A stretch of 63,922 nt of DNA, filler included, from Tricharina praecox (Eukaryota): NCBI RefSeq assembly GCF_024521635.1. It is 4 parts of 4 records of this genome, joined end to end, with 100 filler letters (N's around TTAATTAATTAA, not from the genome) between each part and the next. Parts side by side here need not be neighbours in the genome. Positions count along the whole stretch, not along the records: positions 20,445 to 40,303 come from NW_026250478.1; 3 more parts are not named here. One strand, 5' to 3'. The notes under the pieces were generated by a model that was given only the letters and a program-made list of their open reading frames with translations, was not told the origin of the DNA and searched no databases. Position numbers and translations under genes: made by a program. Position 1 is the stretch's first letter; every line of letters begins with the position of its first letter. Of the stretch, positions 23,176 to 35,975 are shown piece after piece.

Positions 23176-23451
23176 CGGGTGTTGGATAGGTTGGGGATGG
23201 GATGGAGCTTGGCGCCACTTCGTTTTTTTTCTTCTTTTTTTCTTCTTTTTTTTTCTTCTTTTTTTGTTTCTGCTTGTTCTTGACCTTTCTGTCGTGTTTT
23301 CTGATTCTTCGTTATGGATACCTTGCTTCATATGCTTACCTTTTTCATCTGATCTGATCTGATTCACTTTTCTCTCTCGAGTCTGAGGAAAACAGTCAAC
23401 AGTCAAAACGTCAACACTTTCAACAGTCGTCAAATCGACAAATCGTTCTGA

Positions 23452-23729
23452 CACTTCTGGCACTTTCTGGCACTTCTGGCACTTCTGGCACTTCTGGCAC
23501 TTCTGGCACTTCTGGCACTTCTGGCACTTCTGGCACTTCTGGCACTTCTAGCACTTCTGGCACTTCTGGCACTTCTGGCACTTCTGGCACTTCTGGCACT
23601 TCTGGCACTTCTGGCACTTCTGGCACTTCTGGCACTTCTGGCACTTCTGGCACTTCTAGCACTTCTGGCACTTCTGGCACTTCTGGCACTTCTGGCACTT
23701 CTGGCACTTCTGCACTTCTGGCACTTCTA
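23452..23729. repeat. 9-bp minisatellite (CACTTCTGG)n, about 30 copies
   Basis: Directly visible; two CACTTCTAG variants. Confidence 0.97.
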
Positions 23730-23913
23730 CTCTACATACGGTACTCCTCACTCACTGTGTATCTACCTCCACCAAGAGTAGCTGTGGATATATCCCCCTC
23801 CCCTGCAATGGGTGGTGAGCCGGGGTAACCACATATTCATCTTTTCTTCTTGCACTGCCTCACTCGTTTAACTTTAGAGTCTTAGAGTCGGTACATAACG
23901 ACAACTCTAAGTA

Positions 23914-24493
23914 TGGTTGGGGACGCCTATAAACCGGAGTGAATTGCGACATTCATTTTGGCTGACAAATCACGAGTGATTATAGTGTGTCTACGCCAAA
24001 AATGGGGGGTTAATAAGTGCGCCGCAGGTAATTTTTCGAATACAGAGCAAGTAATTTTCGTAATTATGAAGATTTTGGGCCGTATGGCCCATTTTTGACC
24101 TATTTGGATGTGTTCTGAAGAGGTCCAAGTCGAATAGCACTCATGCGCGAGCTCAGTTTGGATGAGCAAGGATCAATCCGCGCCAAGGCTCGAATAAGGC
24201 TCACTATATGTCACTCCTATCACCGCTGTGGGAAATTAAAAGAGTGCCAGAGCCTTAGTGCATGCTATTATTTGCGACGTTCCAAAAATCCTGCCCATAC
24301 AAATCAATTCTTTTCAACCCGCTTAAATAATTCATCACGCTTTATATTTTTATTTCGCTTCTATGCGACCTACTTTAATCCTTCCTCTATCATGCTATAG
24401 AGCTCTTTTAATTTTACTGGGTGTTGAGGTTGAGTTAAACCGGGGGTGGAGTTGGGCATTTTTTTTCACTCCTATTTTAGGTGTCCCCAACCA
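23914..24493. mobile_element. MITE-like non-autonomous DNA transposon (580 bp), TA target duplication
   Basis: TIR TGGTTGGGGAC(G/A)CCTA...GGAGTGAA at both ends, TA on both sides, AT-rich non-coding interior. Confidence 0.75.
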
Positions 24494-24932
24494 TATAACC
24501 TCCCTACATAATCTACCGCATCTTCGAAATTGCTTCGTGCGAGTACATAGTGCATTGATGGGGGGGGAGGGAGGGGCGACGATGATGATGACGGGCGGCA
24601 TCGTGCACGGGGAATCACTCGTCTGCGCTCTCGGTCTGCTCTGCGGTCTCGGTCTCGATAGGTGTAGTAAGGGTGAATGTTCTGGTCTTTTATAGCAGAG
24701 GAGGTACATAGCAGTAGTAAACAGACATGCATATCGGTCTAGACAACTCCCACCATATAAACAACTCAAGGAAAATGGTAATCAGAAGATGAACCTGAAG
24801 CGAAAAACAAAACAAACAGAAGCATGTTCTATCAATACAATACGCGTCCGCCTCTCATCCACGGTACATACATGGTATCTATCTCCAAGATCCAGATACA
24901 AGCACCACCATCCCCGGGCCCCCTGTACTATA

Positions 24933-26856
24933 TCATATTCTATCATACTCCCTCCAGCTCTTCAACGGCAGAGCGCTCAGCCTCGTCGCGGCGGGCTTGA
25001 TATATCCCCAGAAGGTAACAACACCGATGAGTATACACAACACGTTCGTGACATAGTACCCGTCCTGCTGGATGACACATTTGCCGCCCTGGTCTATGCA
25101 GCGGTGGCTTATCGAGTTCGAGGGCGCAGCTGAACTCCGCAAACGGGCTGGGGAAGGTGGAGGTCGGCTTCTCTGGCGGGAAACACGTCGCCGTCGTGAA
25201 GTAGTCGACTAGCTTCAGCACGAAGATCCGCGGGAAGGTCCCGCCGAGGTTGGAGACGCTGTGGTGGGTGGGGGGTTAGTAAGCGATGATGGGGAGGGCG
25301 GGGGGAAGGGGGACGTACGTGGCTAGGAGCGTCATGTACGTTCCGCCGATCTCGGGGTCGGCAATCTTTGCGTGGAACGCAGAGATGGCGACGAACATGA
25401 CGGTGCCGGCGAAGGTGGAGAAAATGTGCTCTGCGATGACGACGAGGAGGTACCAGCTCTCGACCACGCCGTCTTTGGGGAAGATGTACACCGTGATCTG
25501 GGCGAGTACGGCGGCGATGAGGCGGCCGACGAAGCCCCACATCCACAGCTTCATCGGCGGGAAGTACGCACACCATTTACCAGCGTAGTAGCCGAGGGCG
25601 ATCTCGAACGGGAAGTCGATCAGCACCGTCAGTGCCATGTCTTCCTGCGTGAAACCCTTGTCGAGCAGCTTGAGGTTGGTCACGGCGTCGTTCGCCTGGA
25701 AGCCGATCTTGGAGATCAGATGGATGATCACGAACGTCTGGATGTCTGTTGTCATGTGTCAGCATGTGCCATGTATTTTCATAATAGCCTGGAGGGTCGG
25801 GTACGCTTGAGCTTGAGGACGCTCCACATGGTCTTGTAGACGCTAGCGATGCCATCACGGTTGCTGGTTTTCTCTTCCTTCTTGAGGACCGCGAGACCAA
25901 TCGTAACAAGCAGGTAGGCCCATCCCCAGAACTGGAGGTAGCCTCCAAGCGTGAAGAGGCCGTTCTTGAGGGGTGTCGAGCGGAAGTAGTGGTTCGAAAA
26001 GTCGGCCGAATTGAAGGCGAGGAACACGGTGTTCGACAAGAATTGGCCGGCGGTAAGGTCCGACGGTCTGAGCGGTCGACGCATACGAGAGGTTCTCGGG
26101 GGATATCAGAGTTAACGCCCAGCCTGTCAAAGCACGTTAGTCATACGATCTCGAGCCAGATGGCGCCATGAAACCCGGGGTGCATATATGGCTGCAGGCG
26201 ATAGATGGCGCGGGTAATAGCCTCACGCTCGGAGGGAGAGGAAGGAAACATGCATACCGTCCACCGCAACGTCCTGCTCGCGCAGAGCATCACCAAGCAA
26301 AAGAACACCCATGTGAAGAAGTAGAGCCTCGTGTTCGCCTCTTCCATCATCTTCTCCGCCTGCCCGCCCAACCAGAGCAACATGATGGCGCTGACCGCCT
26401 GCAACCGGAAACGATCCAACTCTTGCGCCGGCCCATCCGCGGGCTCCAGATTGCGTCGACGATCGGCGACCATAACAACTTCATCGAGTACGGATACGAC
26501 GCCAGTGTGAACACGCCAATCTCCGCCGTACGAGAGCTTCGACTTGAGTAGGAACGGCACTGAGCCCATCGCCAGCCCATCGGCACGCCCTGCAGGAAGT
26601 AGAGCAGCACCAGCAGGAAGAAGTTGCGCCTATCCTTTGGCGACAGGTCCATCAGCGACGCGGCCGCGGGCTTCGACACATCGTGATCGTGATCGAGCGA
26701 GAAGGATTCCCGAGCGATGAGGTGTTCCGTCTGCGCGGCCGAGGATTCCCCACCTTCCACCCCTACCTTCCCGCGCCGGAACTCGACCGACGACGAGGAA
26801 TTCATGCCCTTGCGCTTGCCGGATGATGAGCCACCCCCTCGTCTGCTACGATTCAT
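24933..26856 (-). CDS. Acetyl-CoA transporter 1 (AT-1/SLC33A1, Acatn family MFS); multi-exon; apparent sequencing frameshifts
   Basis: LLVLLYFLQGVPMG, IGVFTLASYPYSMKLLWSPIVDA, GWALTLISPENLSYASTAQTVG, KIGFQANDAVTNLKL, ADPEIGGTYMTLLAT. Confidence 0.93.
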
Positions 26857-27994
26857 TCTCTCTCCCGATCGGACCGAAGCGGTGGTGGTGCTGCTGCTGG
26901 AGTCGGTGTCGTCAGTGTCTTCTACGTCTGGGTCGTACAGGGGCTGAAGTTCAAAGTCCTGAGTGCTTGTCCTGTTCGTCCGGAAGTAATTGTGGTCGGT
27001 GCTGGTAACGTGGAGAGGAGAGAAAGACATGCACAGCACTGAGTCTAGAGTAGATGTGGATCTCCTTTGCTTCTAAGCTGCTCCCAAGCAACTAGGTAGG
27101 TGGAGATATCTAGGCCCTTCGAGAGGTAGTTGGGCGAGCGCGTCAAGACAGGGATTCGTTTTAATGCTCCACCGTGTTCAGATGATGTGGTAGCAGGGAT
27201 AGTTTGGAGTAAGTAGTCAGAGTTAGCAGAGGATTTCGACGAGGGTCCGGATCGGAAACGACGGGGAGACAGATAAGATAAGATTTGATCGGAGATTTGA
27301 ATGAGAACGACGCCGGGACCACGGTACTAGGTATACGCACGATTGGCGATTGGGCAAGGACGATCTTGGTCGGGTCCCAGAAGCATGTCTATACTCTGCA
27401 GAGGCGTGGCAATCGCAGCTATGTTTACGCCTTACCTCCCTTCCGGTGGTTCACATGCATACAGTGGCTATCATCGGCCCTGCACACTCCATTGACTCTG
27501 CTAGGCGGTACATACAGCTGTTACAGACCGTCTTGGGTTCCCAGCTATCCGTCTGGTGGGTCGCTCCTTATACTCGCGATCATTGCAGCGCAAACTCGGT
27601 ACAGTGTGCGGTCTCGTGCGATAGGTTGTGGGCACCTCCTTTCCGGAAGCGGAAGCAAAGGAAGCTCACGGTGGAGGCGGGCGTGCGTCTGATACGAACC
27701 ATGTACAGCTCAGCAGCACTATTGGTGAGTGATCTTTGATGAAGGATATCAATGGGAACGTGTATCTATGCTCTAGGTAGTACCAGCTTATACTTTCCAA
27801 CCATGTTGGTGGATCTCAAGATGGTCAACGAACGGGCTTCCATCCTCTTGCGCAACCCGCCTCACGGAATATCACTTCGATTTGACCGCCGGAGCACGCC
27901 AAGGACCTGCCAATCCCGCGTCTCCAGGATGTGCACATCCACGACCGCACATTCCACCCGCAATGTCTCCATCGGCAGCATCATCACCGCAGAA

Positions 27995-29500
27995 ATGGCC
28001 GTCACCGACACCGCCACATCCGACGCGCTCCCCTTCACGAGCCGCCCATAAACGCAAATCCTCGTGCACGTCTCCTTCCTCCTGCTCCTCAACATCGTCA
28101 ACCACCTTCTCGATGCGCTTACCTATTGCGGGCTGGTCGGGCAAGTGCTCCTCGGCGTATTCTGGGGCACACCACTCGGCGGCCTCCTCCCACGCACAAC
28201 CGAGAGCACCGTCGTAACACTCGGCTACCTGGGGCTGATCCTGATCGTGTACGAGGGCGGGCTGAACACCGCTCTGCGGCCGTTGATGCAGAATCTCGTG
28301 CTCTCGAGCATCGTCGCGGCCACTGGCATCGCGCTTCCGATCGCACTGTCGTTTCTACTGGGACCCCTGGCGGGCGCGACGAGCTTGCAGTGCTTTGCGG
28401 CCGGCGCTGCCCTCTCCGCAACGAGTCTGGGTACCACGTTTACCATCCTGGCCAGCGCGGGCATGGCGGATACGCGTTTGGGCACTGTGCTCACCAGCGC
28501 GGCTATGATGGATGATGTTATCGGGCTGGTGATGATTCAGGTTGTGGCGTCGCTTGGTGGGAGTGGGGGTAATGTCAGCGGGGAGGCGGTGGCAAGGCCG
28601 GTGGGTGCTAGTGTTGGGCTGTTGATTGCGGTTGTGATTGGGGGGTGGGGCCTGAAACGGACGCTGGGGACAGTCGAAGTGAAGGGGTGGGGGGAAACGC
28701 TGAAGGCGAAGGTGGTAATGCAGACGGCGATGCTACTCGCCGTGGTGACGGCGGCGAGTTACGCTGGTGCTTCGGTGCTTTTTGCGGCCTTTTTGGCGGG
28801 TGCTGCGGTGGGCTGGTGGGATGATGTCCGCACGAGAGGGAAAACGGGTGATAGAGTCTCTGGGGTACATGTCTTCGAGACCTATTACTCCCCCATCAAC
28901 AGGCGGCTTTTGGCACCGTTCTTCTTCGTAAGTACCACCCCGCAGCAGTTTCTGAGGATGCCTTCTGATCAGCGACAGGCATCAATTGGCTTTTCGATCC
29001 CAATCCGCCAGATGTTCGCCGCCACAACCGTCTGGAAGGGGCTGGTCTACTCCCTCCTGATGGTGCTCGGAAAACTAGCTACAGGCGTCTGGCTCCTCCC
29101 CGTATCGCCGGTGCTGACAACGGTATCGCAACGGCTCCGCGAATTGCGGAAGCTGGGCGTCACACCCGCACCTCCAATTCCCCATACTCCCCAAAGCACT
29201 CCCACTACTACTACCACCGAACCCAAATCGTCGGAGGCCGCTTCCCCCGCAATCGCCGCCGCAGAAGACGCTAAACCCCCGAAATCCCTCTACCCAGCCT
29301 CGATTCTTGGGCTAGCCATGGTGGCGCGCGGAGAAGTTGCATTCCTTATCGCATCCGTGGCCCAGTCCTCGGGGATATTTGATTCCTCCGAGGGATTGTA
29401 TCTCATTGTCGTCTGGGCCGCCATGGTGTGCACCATTGCCGGCCCGCTGGGCGTGGGCAGTCTTGTGCGCCGGGTGAAGGCGCTGGAGAACGCGCGCTGA
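27995..29500 (+). CDS. CPA2-type cation/H+ antiporter (Na_H_Exchanger family); intron 28928-28978; frameshift near the start
   Basis: About 12 hydrophobic helices; GAALSATSLGTTF, AAMMDDVIGL, PFFF|ASIGFSIP, GLAMVARGEVAFLIA. Confidence 0.92.
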
Positions 29501-30240
29501 TACACGAGGCAATGGAGGTGTCAGTGTGTTGGGTGTTTGGGGGGTTAGTTGATGCATGTACACAAGAGAGAGAGAACATCAATTTATTGTCGCATGCGGC
29601 CTTACGAGACTATGGCGACCAACCGATGTATGTAAACGGAGATCATATGCGAGGAATATATAGAGTCCGAGTGTTTATCCGTGATCCCGGGTCGAGAGCC
29701 AAACGCCCAATTTCGATCCCGACCATCCGGTAAAATATCCCGACGTTAAGCCATAGTTAACCTCACCCTCGTTTTACATACCTACCACGGCCCCCCCCCC
29801 TCCCTCTCGTAGATCGTTCGCCGGAACCCATTCCGTCCGTCTCACAGTCCTACATATGTACTTACTTTCTTACTTGCACGCACGCATAGAAGGTCGTATT
29901 CGCTTCTTCTTCAGCCGGGATGTTTTGCCTATGTAATCTACCGGAAAATACGAAGATATGCTTGAACGGCTCGTTAAACTGAAACGCGGCACCGTGACCC
30001 CGTGGTCCGACAGAACCGTTGCGCCGTCCATGCGCCTCTCACACAGCGCCGGAGTCCGGCGGATCAGCAGGATCTGTGCCACGGAAGGGCGGGCGGGCGG
30101 CACCTGAGGGGGATCAAAGGGATGAAAGGGAGGGAAGAATGATGGAAGGGATGGAAGGAGGGAGGGAAATATATAGCCTACACATGCCCACCTCCTCGAA
30201 AGCAAGCAAGCAAGACGGAAATAAAATAAAATAAGAAACT

Positions 30241-30740
30241 ATGTTGGCTGACAGCGAAATCGCGCTCCTCCTCGTGATCGGAAACTTCTTGTCGGCGTGC
30301 TGGAGCTACTTCTGCATCGTGTCCTCACTGAACCAGTACCGGTTCATGCGGCGTGAAGAGGTGGTCTGGGTATGTATCTCCTCTCCCCCCTCTCCCCCCA
30401 AAACCCTCCCCTCTGTGTTGTCTTGTTTGCTCACGATGGATACATAGTATGCGCTGTGGTACAGCTGCACCACCTACGCCTTCCTCGTGTCGGTCACGAA
30501 TCTGGGCGTGGCGGCGTACGTAGCGGTGCGCCTCGGGTGGCGGGGAAAGGTCTTTGGGCGGGGGAGGGTGGCGCTACGGATTCTCGGGGCGGCGGTGGCA
30601 GCGGTACTGGGGGCTATGCTGTGTTTCGTGCCGTTACGGATGACCATGATGCAGGCTGAGCGGGCGGGGGGGGGCATTTGGGATGAGATGAGATGGGATG
30701 GGATGGGATTTGTTTTTGCTCGGGCGTTTGGGTGTACTTA
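30241..30740 (+). CDS. Small membrane protein of unknown function; 5' end uncertain
   Basis: Hydrophobic exons joined by a GTATGT...ATAG intron (about 30370-30447). Confidence 0.45.
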
Positions 30741-30784
30741 ACCAAGGAGTATTTATATAACGGTTCAATTCATTGACTGGCGGT

Positions 30785-33201
30785 TTACAAAGGACGTATC
30801 CGCGCACTAACCGCCTCCTTCACGCCGAGCGTCAACACGGCGGCCTTCTGCGCCTCACCCACCGCCTCCTCCAGCGGCAGACCACGGACCATAGCGGCCA
30901 CCAGAACGCCGAGGAACGTATCCCCCGCGCCATTAACGCTTTGCACGCCGTCCACTCCCAGCTTCTCAGCGGCAAAATACCTCACCTCGACACCACCCAC
31001 CTCCTCTCCCTCCCGTGCCTCCACAACAACACTCTCCCTAGACCTCCGCGGCTTCTCGCCCACCTCCAGCAGGCGCACAACAATGACGCCCTGCTCGCCC
31101 AGCTTAACGAACAGCCGTGGGATGTACGGCAGCAGCGACACCGCCTTCTGGACGATTCCGCTCTCGGAGAGGTCGACGCCGGTGCGCGCCGCCAGTTGGT
31201 CCACGCGGTCGCGGAACCCGCTGTCGATCGTGAGTGCATCGATCGTGGGCCACCACGGCAGCGACGTAGAGAATAGCTCCGCCGCTGTCGCCGCAGAGTA
31301 CATGCTGTCTAGCTCGTGGATGTTGGGCGCCGCAAGGTACAGCGCACATGAAGGGTGGGGGAAGCGTGGCGTGGAAGATGTGTGCTGATTTTGCGGTGGA
31401 GGTGGGTTCGAAGATGGCTGGTGGGCACTCACTCGTTAGCTGTATGCACACGGTATCACTCGGGTTAGGAGGGACCTTTGATCCCGGATTTGAGACAGTA
31501 TTCGAGCACTCCCTTTGTCGTCTGCTGTGATAGATTCCCGTCGAGAACCACCCACTCCGCATTCGCAGCTTTAATCACCTCGGTGACATCTGCTGTCCCC
31601 AGGTGCTCGATGACCCTCATGTCCGCACTAGCAACGAACAGCCCGCCGTTGGCATCGTTGACGGCAACATACCTCGCTGTAGCGCGGGCCGGGTCGGTGA
31701 AGATTCCCTCGGTATCCATCCCGCGCTCCTGTACGCGCTCGCGCACCCATGAGCCGGCAAGGTCTGCGCCGACGGAGGATACTAAGCGGGTCCGCACGCC
31801 GGAGAGGTGCAGGGCGTAGGCAACGTTATTGCCGACGCCGCCGAGGGACTCGGTGATGGTAGACGGGTTGGAGGTGTGCAGACTTGGAGTCGGCGAGGAA
31901 GTGTCGCAGTTTACGTCTACGGCTACACCGCCGACTACGACCACCTCTGGGGGCGGCGATGGAACTACGGGGTTTGCCTCCTCCTTCGGGCGTATCTGCG
32001 AGGGTGGGATGTGCGGCATATGTGTCTGCCTACGCTCGCTAAATACAAAACAATCAGGACCCATCGGTTACAGTGGACGAAACTAAAAGCCAGCAGAATT
32101 CCCAGACCCAGTGCCCTCAAGCCTTGCCAGTTCTACGGCGACCTTTGCTCCCATCGCAGCGTTGTTCAGTATCAGCCCACGATTGGCCTCGATGCTGCGA
32201 CCACCGGTGCGCTTGAGTATGTCGTTGAGGATGAACGGCGTGACGTCTTTCCCGCTGGACTTCCCTTCCGCCACTTTCACCGACTCGGCAATGATGGACT
32301 GTATCTCCTCGTTCGGGATCTCGTATGCCGCCGGAATGGGATTGGTGAAGAGGTGGCCCGAGGTGAGGCCAAGGGAATGGCTTGCGTCTGGGGGGCACAG
32401 CACTCATGAGCACCCCTCACCATGGACAGTCACTCATTCATCGAACTCACAGATAATCCTGGCGGCCTCGTTCGCATCTTCCACCACGCTCGGCGCCTTG
32501 ATACCACACCCTCTACTCCAAAACGCCGGAAACTCGACCACCTCCCCGGCATCCCTCCCATCCCTGAACGTGCCGACATAGACCCCCTCGGTCTCCAGAT
32601 ACTCCAGTGTCCGTGGCAGATCCAGGAACGCTTTGGAGCCCGCACATACAACAGCGACAGGCGTGCGTCCCAACTCCGTCAGATCCGCAGAAACATCCAT
32701 GGTATTCTGAACACCCCTGTGGACGCCGCCCAGGCCACCAGTCGCGAATACCTTAATCCCGGCGAGGTGCGCAAGGACACTCGTGCCCGCGATCGTCGTG
32801 CCACCGATCTTCGTCGCGCCCGCGCCAGCAAGGAGATATCCCAGGTCTCGTCTACTCACCTTAGCGGTACCGCTCTTCCCCGCTGCGTCAGCGAGCTGCT
32901 CGAGCTCCTTCGCCTCGAGCCCGATCCGCGCCTTGCCGTTGAGGATGCAGATGGTGGCGGGGACTGCGCCGTTCGCGCGGATGACGGCCTCGATCTCGCG
33001 CGCGAGCGAGAGGTTCGCCGGGTGCGGGAAGCCGTGCGTGTAGATTGCGGATTCGAGCGCGACGACGGGATGTCCGGCCGACAGCGCCGATTGCACTTCC
33101 GGCGTGATCGACAGGTATTGCGATAATCGCGAGGAGGCGCGGAGGGTAGAGTAGTAACGCGGAGGGGCGCGGAGGCCGCGGCGGAAGAGGAGGGAGCGCA
33201 T
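30785..33201 (-). CDS. Pseudouridine-5'-phosphate glycosidase (PsuG/IndA) fused to a PfkB-family kinase; multi-exon
   Basis: PVVALESAIYTHGFP, FATGGLGGVHRG, DVSADLTELGRT, GKDVTPFIL; PfkB motifs GGVGNNVA, PNIHEL, VNGAGDTFLG. Confidence 0.95.
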
Positions 33202-33465
33202 TGGGGTGGTTGGTGGTGGGTGGGGTGGTGTGGAGTGGATCAAGAGTCGTGGGACCCTGGAGGGCCCGTTTGTCGGCAGTCTCCGATGTCACGAGTGCGG
33301 AGACTAACGAGCTTCGACACCAGCTTCTAGAAGCTCAGATGATAGGCTTTGAAGATTACACCGGGACTTTTCCATAAAGCTACAGAGCAAAAAACCCAAA
33401 CACGAAAAGGCAAAAGAAAAAGGAAAACCCGACCCTGCGAACCCCTAAAAACTAACAGCGGCCCT

Positions 33466-35040
33466 CTATTTTCCGATCCTCACATCGATCTTGCTGACTA
33501 TCCACGAAAACACGAATACCGTCGACAGCGCAGTGAAGATGACGAATGGCTTCCGGAAGCCAGCGGTCTTGGGCAGATGGTAGGTCACGATCAGCTCCTT
33601 GTGGTGCTGCTCGTCAACTACGTTGGAAAAGCGCAACTTGAAGGCGGTGCGGCCAATAGTGTCCATGAACGTCTTGTGGAGGAAGTGCTCCTCTCCAATG
33701 ATGGGGATGGGGGATGAGTATTTGACGTCGCTGGAACGGTGTTAGATATGGGTTGGGGGTTGATAGGTGTGGGTTGGTGACTTACGTGGCACCTTCGGGC
33801 AAGATCACCCTAATCTCGACATCGCCGTAGACGACGGGCTCCTTAGGCCCCTCCAACAGCGGAACCCTGAGCACGAAATCCTCGCCATTGGGCTTCGCCC
33901 GGACGAACTCCCTCAGATCGTGGTTCCACCCAAGGGTGAAGGTGTAGTTCCAACCACCAAACACCGGATACCTCGGCTTGATCTCCAGATGCGACTCGCG
34001 CATGTTGCTGCGGAAGCGGGAAGTCGAAACATTTCCAATCTCATCGGTGAAGTAAGGGCCGATCGAGCCCACCTTCAAGTTGTAAGTGAGGGCCTTGATC
34101 GCAGACGTCGGGGGACCGTAGTAGCTGGCCGCCGCCCACTTGACACGCGAGAACTGGTTCTTAAGCTTCGCCGCGGCATTGGTCATGACGTATTTCTCCT
34201 CGAAAGCGATGTTGCCGCCCCAATGGGAGACCTCGATATCGCGCGTGAGCTTCTCCATCACGATGACGGGATGCGTGTACTCGTATCTGATCTTAACGGT
34301 CTTTCCGGCGCCGCTCGACGGCTTCACGTCCTCGTAGGGACCGTACGTGAACGCTGAGCCGACCTTGGTGGGATCGGAGGTGCCGTCGGATTTCGCGGTG
34401 AGCTTGGTGAACTCGGGCGCTTCATTGTTGGGCAGCTTCAGCTTCGTCTTTTGCTTGTCGGTGACGTACGCGCTCGCCACGTATTGCGTGCCGGTCCACT
34501 GGAGGAACTGCTTCTCGACCTGCTCGATCTCGGCGGGAATGGGCTCGACGACGGTAGTCTTGCCGATAGCCACTTGGAGGGTGATCTGGTTTCCGGGCGC
34601 GAGAGGTTCGGTCAAGAGAATGCGGTAGTATTGTGTCGGACTGTGCAGGTCTCCACATCAGTTCCAACTCCACACCCACAAACCCCCCAAAAAGAAAGGG
34701 CAAACTCCAGTCCGTAGCGCACCTTTGAGGATCGAACTCCACCTCATCGACCTTAAACTCTCCGAAGGGGGCCTTCTTGTCCCCGGCCTCGAAGAAGCTG
34801 ACTTTCGTCACCTCGTCGGCCGCAAACGGCATATAATACTCGGTCTGCCCCTCTTTCGAGACATTCTCGACGATAACGGAAATGACTTCCTTCGAGTACG
34901 GTTTCGTCAGATCTATCGAGCGCAGTAGATTGATATTTCTGAAGACGGGCGCGGGCGCGAACGAGGGCGGCAGGATGAGCTTCGCATTGACGGTGGTGAG
35001 GACCGAGGAGAGGAAGCAGGGCTCCCGTGAAGGAACGCAT
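33466..35040 (-). CDS. OST1: Oligosaccharyltransferase subunit ribophorin I; 2 introns
   Basis: Signal peptide; LTRDIEVSHWGGNI, YFTDEIGNVSTSRFR, PRYPVFGGWNYTF, ILPEGA, TFMDTIGRT; C-terminal TM helix. Confidence 0.95.
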
Positions 35041-35168
35041 TTTCGCAGGCCGGGTGGGGGATGTGCTGTGGCCGAGCGGAAGAATTGAGGTAGGATCTTT
35101 GGTTTGGAGAAGGCGGTCACGCAGCAACAGCTCGAAGTTCACGAAACTACCCTGGGAACTGCTTTGGG

Positions 35169-35975
35169 TTACGTGTTGTCTTGACGAACCCTGGCGGGGC
35201 CGCGAATGACTTGCATGCTGGCGCTAGCGAGTCTCCGAGCCGCGAGAGCATGGTATGTCACTCGGCGAGCCAGCCTGGGTGTTAAGCTTGAGCTTGAGCT
35301 TGAGCTTGACCCACGAGTGAGGTTGGTATTGGGTGGATAAACTCCGCAAGAAAGTCCTCTAGAAATAGCTTGATATAAATGGATAGCTATTACCTCCAGG
35401 CCACATCGATCCAGGTCTTCCACTGGCATGCTAGGGCCAACAGTCAGGCTTGTAGCTGCGGTTGGTGTCGGAATAGAGGGATTGAAAAGGGTCCAGTGGG
35501 CACCTATGTACTCGGTGAAAAGGACCGAATGGATTGCATGAGCAGCCAGGTCGTATACACAGAGCAGGACTCCCGTGGACCACCAAGCAGAGGGACGGGA
35601 GTTGACGGGGAAGTCTAGGTATTGGAATCCTATGGATCTCCCCGGTGCAAGATGTGAAGTATCCAACGCAATTCGAACTCGACCCACCCAACGGCGAGTA
35701 CTAGGAAACATCCGTGTGGTGACCACACGGTGTGTGGTCATTAGGCCAGCGCCACTTAATGTAAAGTCATAAGTATGGCAGGTTCTGCAATACGCGGTAT
35801 CATCGCTAGAGTGAGCTGGAGCAGGTACAGTAGGTTCAATCTGTAGATCTAGCGGCATCGTAACTTCTGCGGCATCATTCGAAATACGATCTTGAAACAG
35901 AGGCTGAGTATCTGCTTCCACGCCTTGTAGTGTTCTGACTCTTCGTCGTTGCCGTGGCAGTCGTTGAACTTCCAT
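35169..35975 (-). CDS. Hypothetical protein (268 aa), unrecognised
   Basis: ATG-initiated intronless ORF of non-repetitive composition; no family recognised. Confidence 0.4.
   Translation of the reverse strand: MEVQRLPRQRRRVRTLQGVEADTQPLFQDRISNDAAEVTMPLDLQIEPTVPAPAHSSDDTAYCRTCHTYDFTLSGAGLMTTHRVVTTRMFPSTRRWVGRVRIALDTSHLAPGRSIGFQYLDFPVNSRPSAWWSTGVLLCVYDLAAHAIHSVLFTEYIGAHWTLFNPSIPTPTAATSLTVGPSMPVEDLDRCGLEVIAIHLYQAISRGLSCGVYPPNTNLTRGSSSSSSSSLTPRLARRVTYHALAARRLASASMQVIRGPARVRQDNT

Noticed and set aside
23420..23707. (PEV)n protein
   Set aside because: Translation of a 9-bp minisatellite; GTG start and no flanking domain.
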